DNA of 64,000 nucleotides from Oculina patagonica (lineage: Eukaryota), in contig NC_135765.1 in the NCBI RefSeq assembly GCF_052425735.1, forward strand, positions 24,924,001 through 24,988,000, written 5' to 3'. Under the pieces are notes generated by a model that saw only the letters and a list, made by a program, of their open reading frames with translations, ran no database searches and had not been told where the DNA came from. This document shows, one piece after another, positions 13,641-24,893 of the stretch; position 1 is the first letter of the stretch, and each line of letters starts with the position of its first letter. A program made the position numbers and the translations under genes.

Positions 13641-14173
13641 TTTGAATACCTTAGGTGATATGGCATTCAATATCTCGCATCAAGGGTTTTAAAGTCACGG
13701 TCACGCAATTTCATGCCCGGGGGGATACAGGGACCGGGAGGTTTGCGTGCAGTTCATCAGAAAAAGGGCGTGACTACCGAAAAGTACGATTTGTGGGGAA
13801 TGCAATGAGACAAAGTGTAATATAAATATTTTGTTTTATTCACTCATTTGTTTATTATTTATTTAACGTTTACTGATTACCGTAGCTTGCTTTCATTTGT
13901 TTACCCTTGATTTCCAGCAGTAAATGATTTACCACAACTGCTTATGCGTGGGACCGGGTCGTACAGGCTACAACTTAAACATAATGAGTTAAAAAAAACA
14001 CTGGCCGGTGGCGACCTAGATGGCTATTCACACGTACACTTAGCCAAGGAGTTGAACTCGGGTCTACCGTGAAAGAGCGTTATCCAGGTAGTGGACCTCA
14101 TTGCAAAAAAAAAAATGAAGTTTTTTGCAATAAATGAAGCACGGCGTGACTCGTAGAGCGATGCCACCGTGTA

Positions 14174-15076
14174 TTATTTGTAGATTATGTTAATAGCATG
14201 TTCACCGTGAAGTATTTTTCTCCCGTTGCTATCGGAGATGGAATATTCAGTTAAATACTCCATCATTTCATTGTACAGCACTCGGCCAGCGGTTCCTTGG
14301 AAATCGATCTGGTGCGTCAAAAAATCGAGCAACAAGCTGCCAGTCTGCGAAGATTTGTCGAAGCAACTGGTGACATCTATCTCGTATTGCACCTTGGGAA
14401 ATTCTTCATACGTCCAGTTGTGCTGTTCGGCTATAGCTGCAACGTCTTTTGCGGTGAAGAAATAAGACTCTGGAAGACATTTCAATTTGCCTTTTAACTT
14501 GTGTGATAGCTTGGCGTAGAAAGAGTCTTCTCCAGCGACCATACAAAACATTGCACCACCATCACCTAAAAGTTTGAAGCAGTTCGTGAGCGAGGCCTCT
14601 GGATCCACGTAATACAAGGAGCAAATAAAATGAGCCATGTGGTAGTGCTCGCTTTCGCCTTGCAGAGAACTACAGATGAAATCCTCGAAGCCTGTTTTTT
14701 GCCATTCAAACGAAACATCCGCCAGACTTCCCAAGGACTCTGGTAATGGCGATACAGATCTCTGAAAATCTGTAATTAATTGTGAACTAGGCTCCACAAT
14801 GCATGTGTGTATCGAGGGTTTCTTCTCGAGTGATGGGCTAAGACTTGCAGCGACAACTTTCAGAATTTCAATGTCTTGCGTGCCATCTCCGCTCCCTACA
14901 CCAAGAACACGAAAGATTCGAGAATTTTTGACGCTGTCAGTCAAGTTCTGCATGATATGGTCTACTGCTTCACAAGAGAAAGCTTTCTTTACTTCTCGCA
15001 CATTAGAGTTTGATAGATTCACTTGAAAAGCTTTAAAATAGGCTTCGTGTGAAGAAGACAGTGGCCGCGGCTCCAT
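14174..15076 (-). CDS. Histamine N-methyltransferase-like class I SAM methyltransferase copy B (300 aa, intact, intronless)
   Basis: SAM motif I VLGVGSGDG, CIVEPS, HFICSLYY and DVTSCF...LLLDFLT are colinear with HNMT (ILSIGGGAG, VVEPS, HMIQMLYY, DISDCF..LLWDFLT). Confidence 0.9.
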   Translation of the reverse strand: MEPRPLSSSHEAYFKAFQVNLSNSNVREVKKAFSCEAVDHIMQNLTDSVKNSRIFRVLGVGSGDGTQDIEILKVVAASLSPSLEKKPSIHTCIVEPSSQLITDFQRSVSPLPESLGSLADVSFEWQKTGFEDFICSSLQGESEHYHMAHFICSLYYVDPEASLTNCFKLLGDGGAMFCMVAGEDSFYAKLSHKLKGKLKCLPESYFFTAKDVAAIAEQHNWTYEEFPKVQYEIDVTSCFDKSSQTGSLLLDFLTHQIDFQGTAGRVLYNEMMEYLTEYSISDSNGRKILHGEHAINIIYK

Positions 15077-15699
15077 TTTGAAGGGAACTTACAAGGTCGC
15101 GCAGAACCCTTGCTCTCATCGTGACTGAGTGTGCCCACCTGCAACAACTGAAGCCGACAACAAACCGAATATTCATTCATGATAATATACTTTTTGAAGT
15201 TATTTGCATAAGTAAAATTAACGCTATTGTTTTTAGTTCGTGTCCAGTACACTGGAACGTAGCAATTAAATTATCACAATTAATTAGATTCTAAACGTTT
15301 GAAAGCGCAAGATGTGGATACTTCGATGGTCTTCAGAAGAGGCAAAACCTGGAATTGTGCGATGTTCGCGTTTTCGTCACGGATATAGAACTTTAGGAAA
15401 TGATTTTCAAGAGAGTTAAACTCAATTGGTTTTTACTCTATTGTATCATCAGTGAAGTGGAATTTCAAGGCTGCCTTTCAAAAGGAAGATGGAAAGTTGC
15501 AAAGCCTAGTTCAGTGTATTTTTACTCTCTTAGAAGCCAGTAACTACTAGTAAGTCTTGTATCGCAAAATCTGCTTTTATCTTGACACAAAGTTAGCCTA
15601 TGATTTATCACTAGGATATAGAATCACGTACTGTGTTTGTTACGTTCCTCTGGCTAAAAACGTGGACACAAAGACGCATTTTCTGCGGTTTATCATTAA

Positions 15700-16153
15700 A
15701 GGTCGGGACACACTAGGCGACAAGTCGCAGCGACAGGTCTCTGCTACAAGTCGCTCCGTGTGTACTACTTCAAAACAAGTCGCTGTGATAAGCTAGGCGC
15801 TTGTTCGTTGCACACACAGCGAATTTTGAAGAGTGGAAATGTGACTAGTTTTCCAATTTTATATGGCAAAAATACATGACGCTCTCTCATTGGTTAATTT
15901 ATATTTTGCCGCAGCGACTTGTCGCAGACTTTTGTGTATACACACGATGCGACAACGCTGCTATCGCTCATGTCGCTGCAATGACATGTGCAATGTGTCC
16001 CACGAATTCAAACTGGTTTGAATTCGTGCGACACATCGCAGCGACAAAATTCTCTCTCAGCGACATAGATTGTCGCAAGAATGCACCATGTCACACGAGG
16101 CAACTTGTCGCCGCGACGTGTTGCAACGAATTGTCGCCTAGTGTGTCCCGCCT
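15700..16153. mobile_element. MITE with TTAA TSD (Kolobok-like AG...CT ends)
   Basis: TTAA|AGGTCGGGACACACTAGGCGACAA ... TTGTCGCCTAGTGTGTCCCGCCT|TTAA. Absent from the paralogous spacers near 25730 and 31690. Confidence 0.8.
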
Positions 16154-16857
16154 TTAATTACAGCAAACGGTAATCTACAAATAAAACGACAACCATGTTA
16201 TAATTCCGTCATTCCTCAACATCCCAGATATGTTTTAGAGAAATCGTTGCATGAATAAAACTGTCTATTGCTTATACATTTATCAATGGGGACCATACCT
16301 AACATTTTTAATCAGCTTTTTAATTATTTTCCCATAATGACCTTAATCGGTATGACATCATAATTACACTAGTTGTTCCTTTTAGACTGAAGTTTTGTAC
16401 AACGTATTGGGAAATCTATAATTATTTCGATTTGAATGATGAACAGAAAACCTCCAAATCCGGTGAAACATGAATTTTGTGCGATCCAGATTTGAACTCA
16501 TAGAAAGAGGCTATACCAATGACCCAAAATAGTAAATAATTTTGTTGCAAAGTTGTACTAACATTGAGTCACTGGAACACTTTCAAGTTAAACGATACAG
16601 AGGGATCGATTGAGCCGCAAAATATTTGCACTACAAGTTCAAGGTTTACAAAATTATGCTAAATTATTCAAATCACTGTGTATTAAAATACTCAAATCAC
16701 TTTAGAATACCGTTTTCTCGAAACTTTGGGTTTTCAAAGCTCCCGATTTTTCGAACCAATTTTGGTTTCCCTTGGATAGTACTTCTCTGTAGTTTTACTC
16801 CCGATGTCCCGAGCCTTCCTTAGGGTTCGAAAAATCGGGTTTCTACTTTCTCTGATG

Positions 16858-17088
16858 TAATGCACCTGTTAATGTTAAACCCCAGGGCGGGAGGTGGGTG
16901 GGCACACCCAGGGGATTTATTTTGGAAGCCAGAGTCAAATTCCCCAACCCTGGGCACCTAGTGAATGTCACATTTCACTCCTCTTAAATTTCTAACCCAG
17001 AAGACCATTTTAGATGTCAAAAATCCCTACCCTGGGTTGCCCCCCCCCCCCCCCCACCCTCGGACTTGACATTGACAGGTGCATATTA
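16858..17088. mobile_element. MITE
   Basis: Inverted ends TAATGCACCTGTTAATGT / ACATTGACAGGTGCAT with subterminal G/C runs. Confidence 0.6.
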
Positions 17089-17163
17089 ATGGCAGGCAGA
17101 AACGAATTACAGAAAACAATGCCACGGTGTGAATTATCACGGGGGAATGAAGTAAACGCTGTA

Positions 17164-18067
17164 TCATTTGTAGATTGCAACAATAGCAAGTTCAGTGCTT
17201 AGTATCTTTCTTCCACTGCTATCGGAGATGGATGACTCAGTCAAATACTCCATCATTTCATTGTACAGCACTCGGCCAGCGGTTCCTTGGAAATCGATCT
17301 GTTGCGTCAAAAAATCGAGCAAAAAGCTGCCAGTCTGCGAGGATTTGTCGAAGCAGCTTGTCACGTCAATCTCGTATTGCACCTTGGGAAATTCTTCATA
17401 CTTCCAGTTGTTCCGTTCGGCTATAGCTGCAACGTCTTTTCCAGTGCGAAAGTCAGACATTGGAAAATATTTCAACTTGCCTTTAAACCTGTGTGGCAGC
17501 TTGGTGAAGAAAGATTCTTCTCCAATGACGAGACAAAACATCGCACCACCATCAGTTAACTGCTTGAAGCAGCTTCTAAGGGAGTTTTCTGCATCCATAT
17601 AATACAAGGAGCAAATAAAATGAGTCATGTGGTAATACTCGCTGTCGAGTGGCAGAGAATTACAGATGAAATCTTTGAAGCGTGTTTCTCGCCATTCGAA
17701 CGAAACGTCGGCCAGACTTGCCAAGGACTCAGGTAATGGCGACACAGATCTCTGAAAATCTGCAATTAACGGTGAACTGGGCTCCACGATGCATGTGTGT
17801 ATCGAGGGTTTCTCCACGTGCGATGAGCAAAGACTTCTAGCTACAACTTTGAGAATTTCAACGTCGTGCTTGCCAATTTCCGCTGCCGACACCAAGAACG
17901 CGAAAGATTTGAGAATTTTTGACGCTGTTCGTCAGGTTCTGCATGATATGGTCTGCTGCTTTACAAGAGTAACTTTTCACCGTTTCTCGTAGAGTAGAGT
18001 TTGATATGTACGCTTGGAATGCGTTTAAATTGGCATCGTGTGAAGAAGACAGTGGCTTCGACTCCAT
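17164..18067 (-). pseudogene. HNMT-like methyltransferase copy C, single frameshift
   Basis: ORFs 17858-18136 and 17164-17895. A +1 base near 17875-17879 (TGCCAATTTCCG vs TGCCATCTCCG in copy F) falls within the SAM-binding motif. Confidence 0.85.
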
Positions 18068-18448
18068 TTTGTCGTTGAGTGATACTGGCTTCACTGTCAC
18101 GCACCAAGGGTTTATATGATATAACGTCACGGTCACGCTTTATTGGCATTGTCACGCTTGCGGGAAAGTTTACACCACCGGAACCATGCCAGCGGTTAGA
18201 GAACAAAATATAAAGACCTCCTATAAACTTAGAGGTACGAATTGTGCCTTATGACACAAACCAGGAGCGTGGCGTGCGACAACTCGGTCGCCATCGAAAG
18301 AAGTTTTAATTTATTTCTTGTCAGGTGTACTCCCTTTAATCTGTAGCAAAAGTTTTGTCGTACTCAATTTGTGCTCCGTCTTCTTTAAGTAAAAGTTCGT
18401 TTAGTACTTGGATGGTTTTCTACGAACGACAGTGAACTAATAGGATAC

Positions 18449-18680
18449 TAGGTCGTAAAGTGTGATAGTCCGGGTGAGAGTAGTTCTGGGAGGAACTGTT
18501 GATGTTGACTGACGTTTCGACAACCTGAGCGGAAGTCATCTTCAAAGTCTGAAGATGACTTCCGCTCAGGTTGTCGAAACGTCAGTCACCATCAACAGTT
18601 CCTCCCAGAACTACTCTCACCCGGACTATCACACAATACGACCTACTGATACTACTGGATTAAAACCATTTGCTATATTA
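18449..18680. mobile_element. Penelope-like element relic: inverted terminal repeat hairpin with hammerhead-like core
   Basis: Near-perfect palindrome with ~95-bp arms (18449-18543 / 18551-18645). Contains CTGAAGA-TGAC..GTC-GAAAC. Absent from the paralogous site near 33920. Confidence 0.65.
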
Positions 18681-18705
18681 TAGGGTATTGTTAATAAGTG
18701 TATTT

Positions 18706-18737
18706 TACCGTGTGAAGAACAGTGGCCGCGGCTCCAT
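18706..18737 (-). pseudogene. HNMT-like copy D, 5' stub only (MEPRPL...) with upstream region retained
   Basis: 18709-18940 matches the start and upstream region of copies B (15047-15300) and E (28582-28835). The rest of the gene is deleted. Confidence 0.75.
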
Positions 18738-18956
18738 TTTGAATAGCGAACTTACAAGGTCGCGTAGGACCCTTGCTCTAATCATGAGTGTCCCCGAACT
18801 GTGACAACTGAAACCGATAACAATCGAAATATTCATGATAATATACTTCTTGAAGTTATTTGAAAAAGTAAAATAAACGCTATTGTTCTTTGTGTCCAAT
18901 GCGCTGGAACGTATCGAATTATCATAATTAGATTCAAAGTTTTAAATAGTGACTGT

Positions 18957-19091
18957 TTTAGTGAACACAACAAGACATGTTTATTCGTCGTCGAATCGAT
19001 ATTACAATATGGTGCAATATATAAACCACGTGATCGCCTAATTTGACTACATTAATAAATTTACATAAATTATATGAAACTGTTTACAACA
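18957..19091 (-). repeat. 3' LTR
   Basis: Direct repeat of 24759-24893. Confidence 0.95.
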
Positions 19092-19236
19092 CTCCCCGGG
19101 GTTGCATCACGACTTAGTGATAAAACGTTTCACTCAACAGTCTAAATCTCAAAAGTCCACAGTTCGATAAATGTCACAACTTTTTCGTTCACTGTTCGAA
19201 ATGACACAATTTCATTGCATGTTTTCACTCCAATGT

Positions 19237-22200
19237 TCACTCAGAAACTTCAACAGGAATTAGGTCCTGTATCACTCTACGTAATACTTGTGGCTTTCGC
19301 TCTCCCTTGCCAGCAACTTTGACTTTGGCTGATCGAATCTGCCCATCTCTGCCTGGTAGCAGTTCTTGAATCTTTCCCAGTTTCCAAAATGTTCTTTTCT
19401 TTAGATCAGACTTCACGATTACTATGTCACCTACTGAGATTGGGCTCTCCTTGTTTTGTTTCTTGCATCTCTCATTAGCACGTTCTCGTAGACTCAAAAG
19501 ATACTCGTGTTGCCACCTTTTGGTAAACTGCTGTAGCAGTCGTTGGTGATGTTTAGCTCGCTTTGTCAAGGTTTGGTTGACACTAACAACTTGGAAATGC
19601 TGGTTACTGGGTTCATAGGTAATTCGTCTGCCAGTAATTAGATGGGAGGGCGTAAGTGGAGTTGAAATGGACTCTTCATCATCATAGACATACGTTAACG
19701 GTCGAGCATTTACGATTGCCTGGATCTCCACCATTATGGTTTGTAACTCATCGTAGTTCAATGTAGTGCGTCCCACTGTTTTCTTTAAGGGTTGCTTCAC
19801 AACTTTAACCATGCGTTCCCAAACCCCCCCCCCCCCCCCCCCACCAAGGGGCTCGCCCAATGATAAAGTTCCATGTGATGCGATTGTCAGTTAAGTATCG
19901 CATAACCTCGTCTGATTGTATGATCTTCCTTATATCTTTGGATGCGGATCTGAAGGTCTTGGCGTTGTCCGACAGGAGGGTGACTGGTAATCCCTGGCGA
20001 TTTACGAACCTCCGAAAGGCTAAGAGAAATGATTCGACACTCAAAGAAGGTGTCAGTTCCAAATGAATCGCTCTTGTGGATGCACAAGTGAATAAGCAAA
20101 TGTACACTTTGTCGGAGCCCTTTTCCTTTGAAGACTTTCCATTGTGTATGTACAGCGGTCCTATGAAGTCCAATCCTGTATGGGCAAACGGCGGGTCCAG
20201 AGACTCGTTCCATTGGTAAATCTGGAGTTGGTGGTGGTCTATATGGAGCCCCTTCTACCCTTCTACAGGTGACACACTTTCGTAGAATTCTCTTCACAGC
20301 TTCTCGACCTCTTGGTACCCAGAATCTCTCTCGAATAGTGGTTAAGGTATCCCTGATGCCACTGTGTTTAATCTTGGAATGCACATCCTGGATGATGAGA
20401 TTAGTAAGTGGGTGCTTAGATGGAAGTAAGATTGGATTCTTGCTTTCTTCAGAGAGCGGTGCATTGCTTACTCTTCCCTTACATCTGATGATTTGTTGGT
20501 CGTTAAGGAACAAGTTAAATTGCGTGACGTAGACAGGTGGGAATGTTCCTCTTTTGCTTTGCAGAAATTCGAGTTCTTTGGCAAATGAGGCTGTCTGTAC
20601 AGTCTTGATCCACAGCATTTCAGCTTGATTTAACTCTTGAGCATTAAGTTCCTTTCTCGATGACTGTTCCGGTGACTTGGGAGTTTCACGGTTTGATACA
20701 CTCTTCTTAGCATTACGTATGAACCGTAATATGTAGGCTGTCACGCGTAATAATCGTGTTACACTGCTGTATCGTTCAATGTCAATAACTTGACTGAGAT
20801 TGACTGAATGGTCTTCCGACTCTGTCGTGACCAGAGAATGCGTGACACTTACGGGGTTCTTTACGACTTCTTGAAGGGCATCTTTGTTCTCAGACAATGC
20901 ACTTGTTTGAGGCGACTCGGGCCAATGATCTCTTGATAACCTCAGAAACTTGGGCCCATTCCACCATGTCTGGTTTTGTGCTAATTGCTCTCCTCCACAT
21001 CCTCGTGATGGGAGATCAGCCGGGTTCAACTCTCCGGGACAGAAGTTCCAGTTGGCTTCGTTAGATAGTTCTCGTATTTTGCTGACCCGGTGTTGTACGT
21101 AAGGTTTCCATGCTTTAGCATTTTTGATCCAACACAGCGTGGTGAATGAATCAGTCCATAGAAATGTTCCTTCAATGGGGAGAACGGATTGTATCGTTTG
21201 CTGCGTTGAATGAACTAGCTGGGCTAGCAATGAAGCTCCTAGCAGTTCCAACCTGGGAATTGACTGACGTTTGATTGGGGCTACTCTCGTCTTGGATGTC
21301 ATGATGCTGACTTGTGTTTCACCATTGCTGAATTCGGTTCTCAGGTACACGACTGCTGCATAGGCTCTTTCCGACGCATCTGAAAATCCATGGATCTGAT
21401 ATGAGCATACGGTTGACTGCGTCGGTGAATAATTGGCATAACATCGGGGAACTCGGATGTTCTTCAGAGCATTTAGGTCATTAATGAACGTTTTCCACTT
21501 TGCCAAAGCCTCTCCTTCCAAGCTTTCATCCCAGTTGACCTTCTCGACACATAGACATTGGAAGAGGACCTTCATGCTGATTGTAAACGGAGTTAACAGT
21601 CCAATTGGATCAAAGATTTTAGCTGACAGTTTCAGTACAGATCGTTTGGTAGCTGGAAGGGCTTCTGCATACTCGAATAGCTCAGAGAGGTCATAATGAA
21701 ATTCGTCTCGGATCACATCCCAATAAATCCCGAGTATCTTCACAAATTGTTCGGTTTCCGGTTTAACATCTTTGGCACTGGCTGACTCTTCTCTCTTGAG
21801 ATTTTGTGCAGTTTCGCTTTCTTCGGCAGGGGCTTCCATAACTGACTGGCCTTTTCTTTCTTCGTCCTGCTTGATTTTCTCGCGGAATGACTGACAGTTA
21901 GAATTCCACTTGCGCAGTGAGAATCCTCCATCTTTCATGATTTCCTGTGCTTTGTCATACAAGTTCACAGTTTCATTTTCGCGAAACACTCCTCCTGCCA
22001 GATCATCAACGTAAAGGCTTGAACTTAACAAAGATGTTACTTCTGGTTCCTTTTCTTCATACTTAGACAGATGGTGTTTTATGGTACTTGCCAGGATAGC
22101 TGGACTTGGAGTTAAGCCAAACACAAGCCTTCGAAACTGGAATTGCTTGATTTGCGGACAATCTTTCTCGATATCATCGAACCATAGAAACCTCAGCATT

Positions 22201-24725
22201 CTTCTGTCTTCTGGGTTGATCTGTATCTGATGGAAGGCCTTTTCGATGTCAGCTACTACAGCAAATGGGTAACCTCGAAACTTAACCACAATATCAAATT
22301 GGTGTGGCACTAAGTTCGGTCCTTTCTCTAAACACTCGTTAATGGAGGCAGTTGACTTGTCAGATTTGGCTGAACCATCAAATACAACTCTCAATTTCGT
22401 AGTTTTCCGGTCTGAGCGAATTACGCCATGATGAGGTAAGAAATGCATTGGAGCTTGGTCGTCGTCAAGTTCTGGTACGGCTTCGATAATCGCTGAATTG
22501 ATTTGATCCTTGATCACATTGTCATAATCTTTTAACAGTTCCTTGTTTTTCTTCAGTCGCGAGTGCAGCTGTCTCAATCTTGTAACACACAATTCGTACT
22601 CGTTTGAAGCAGGAACAAGACTTTCTTTCCACGGCAGACCTACTTCGTATCTTCCTTCCGTCTCATCGAAATGAATGCTCTCCAGGAACTCTTTACCATC
22701 TGACTGTGAGGCAGGTGGTTCCTCTCGTACTCCTAACGATTCAGTGTCCCAGAATTTCTGCAAGGCGTTACATAACTCATCGTTCTCACTATGAATGTCA
22801 CATGGGCTCATGGTCATCAATTCTGGTCTCTCTATGATGAGATTTGTAGTTGTAAACTTCTCTCTTGATTCTTCAGCACTTGTGGGACCAGACAAGACCC
22901 ATCCGAACATGCTGCTAACTGCTACAGGACCACTGCTGCCACGAATGACATCCCCAGACACAATATCGAAGTAATAATCGGATCCAATTAGCACATCTAT
23001 GTCCTGTTGACCTGTTTCAGCGATGCTGATGTCAGCAAGCTCGAGACCTTGTAGATGTGTGTGATTGTCAATGTTAACTTTAGCTGACACCGCCGAGCAA
23101 ATCTTTGGGAAACATAGCGCAGATATTTCGATTTCTCCTTGAGATCCTTGTAACCGCAAGCTGACGACATCACATTGTTGCTTTGTGTATCTTTCGTCTC
23201 CAAAAGTGTTAAGATGCAATGTTTCTGACTTCACAGGGGACAGATTAAGCCTTGATTTCAATCGGTTTGTGACGTAGGTGCGTTGACTTCCAGTGTCCAG
23301 AAGAATTCTGACACGTGCAGTTTTAGAATTGACATCGTTAACAGCCACGGCTTTAGCTGTTTGCAAGAGCACAGTTCCCTTTGCCTTGTTGCTCACTGTT
23401 GTCGTTGTCTTCATTTCTTAGGCTGAAACTTCTTTCGGTTTTCCTTGGTCAAGCGTGGAACAAATCGACTGATGATGCCGCTGTTGGCAGTGTCGACATT
23501 TTTTTTGGATTCGTGCACTCCTTCGTTTCGTGATCAAAACGCAAACAATTGAAGCATCGTTTATCTCGTTCCAAAATACTTCTTCGTTGAGCTGTATCTC
23601 GTACCACGCCGCATGATGCAGAATAATGCTCGTTTCGACAATAGGCACATTTGATTTTGAAGCTCCCACCTTGCTGAGAGACGAGTGAATTCGCAGTTGG
23701 CGTTTGATTTCGAAATTTTGAATCACGGCCGGGCGATTGAGATTTCCCGCCTTCGCTTGTTTTCGCCATGGTCATCTCGCTTGCTTCCCGCGCTTCGACT
23801 TCAACCTTTATCACGTTTAGCAACTCCTCAATTTTCCACACAGAATCCTTAGAGTTCCTGGCTATCTGCAATCGGATCTCAGGTGGCAACTTAGACATAA
23901 TGACAGGAATTAAGAGGCTTCCGTATTGATCCGAAGTTACGCCGAGCGACGCCAAACCGCGGGAATGAACACAAATTTGATCGTAGACGTATCGAAGGCA
24001 TTAGAACACGGCGAAACCTTGAGAAGCTGATCCATATGTGCGCTGATAATTTGTTGGGGACGACCGAAACGCTCTTGTAATAATTTGATTGCTGCGTCGT
24101 AGTTTGCTTCGGTTAAGGTAAGACCCTGGATAGCTCGAGCGGCGGCCCCTTCAAGGACAGAATTGAGATAGTTGAACTTGTCGATGTTGGAAATCCCTTC
24201 GTTACGATGTACCGCCGATTGAAACGAATCCCAGAAGGTATTCCACTTGGTTACATCTCCTTTAAACTTCGGAAGATACAACTTCGGTAATCTCGTACGT
24301 ACTGCATTTTGATTCACTGGCTGTGCAGTCGTTTGAGGTGATCCCACGTGTTGCTGACTTGGCATGTTTACCTTGCTCGCATTCTCAATTTTGCACTTCA
24401 GACGAATAATTGAGGCAGTAATTTCTTCTGACTCTTCGATTTCTTTATCAATCGTTGTAACCTCGCATACAGATAATATTTCTTGGTCCATTTCGATTAG
24501 CGACTCTTGTTTTCCACCCAAGAGTTGTCTCATAACACTGAGCCGTTCGTAATCCTTGTCTTCGCCTTGCAATATTTTGGTTAATTCTTCATCCAGTTTC
24601 GATACTTGTCGTCGGTGTCCTTCACGGATAACTCGCAGTCGTTCCAAATTCGATGTAGTCGCTTGCATACTCGATGTACTTGGTTTGTCGGGTGTTTTCT
24701 TCGATTTAGTCTTTTTTGGAGGCAT
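19237..24725 (-). pseudogene. BEL/Pao gag-pol polyprotein, disrupted
   Basis: Gag (LPKLYLPKFKGD..FWDSF..KFNYL; three Cys/His knuckles), protease LLDTGSQRTY, RT ADIEKAF / LVFGL..SP / YVDDL, RNase H HGFSDAS / WTDS, integrase H..H..CVTC, DFIGP, SDNA, WERMV. Frameshifts near 24000, 23500, 20195 and 19830, and an in-frame TAA at 23418-23420. Confidence 0.9.
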
Positions 24726-24740
24726 TGCAATTGAAAAGTT

Positions 24741-24758
24741 GCCCCACGTTGGGCGCCA
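24741..24758 (-). other. Primer-binding site complementary to tRNA-Lys(CUU) 3' end
   Basis: TGGCGCCCAACGTGGGGC directly after the 5' LTR, the known 18-nt Lys1,2 PBS sequence. Confidence 0.85.
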
Positions 24759-24893
24759 TTTAGTGAACACAACAAGACATGTTTATTCGTCGTCGAATCG
24801 ATATTACAATATGGTGCAATATATAAACCACGTGATCGCCTAATTTGACTACATTAATAAATTTACATAAATTATATGAAACTGTTTACAACA
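24759..24893 (-). repeat. 5' LTR
   Basis: Starts TGTTGTAAAC, ends CACTAAA, and contains AATAAA on the minus strand. Confidence 0.95.

Larger units (their letters stand above)
18957..24893 (-). mobile_element. Full-length BEL/Pao LTR retrotransposon
   Basis: 135-bp LTRs at 18957-19091 and 24759-24893, identical by eye; 5-bp TSD ACTGT (18952-18956, 24894-24898); PBS; short PPT GGGGAG next to the 3' LTR; domain order gag-PR-RT-RH-IN. Confidence 0.95.

Noticed and set aside
12868-17992. Plus-strand ORFs antisense to the methyltransferase copies
   Set aside because: Shadow frames that recur only because the sense genes are paralogous.
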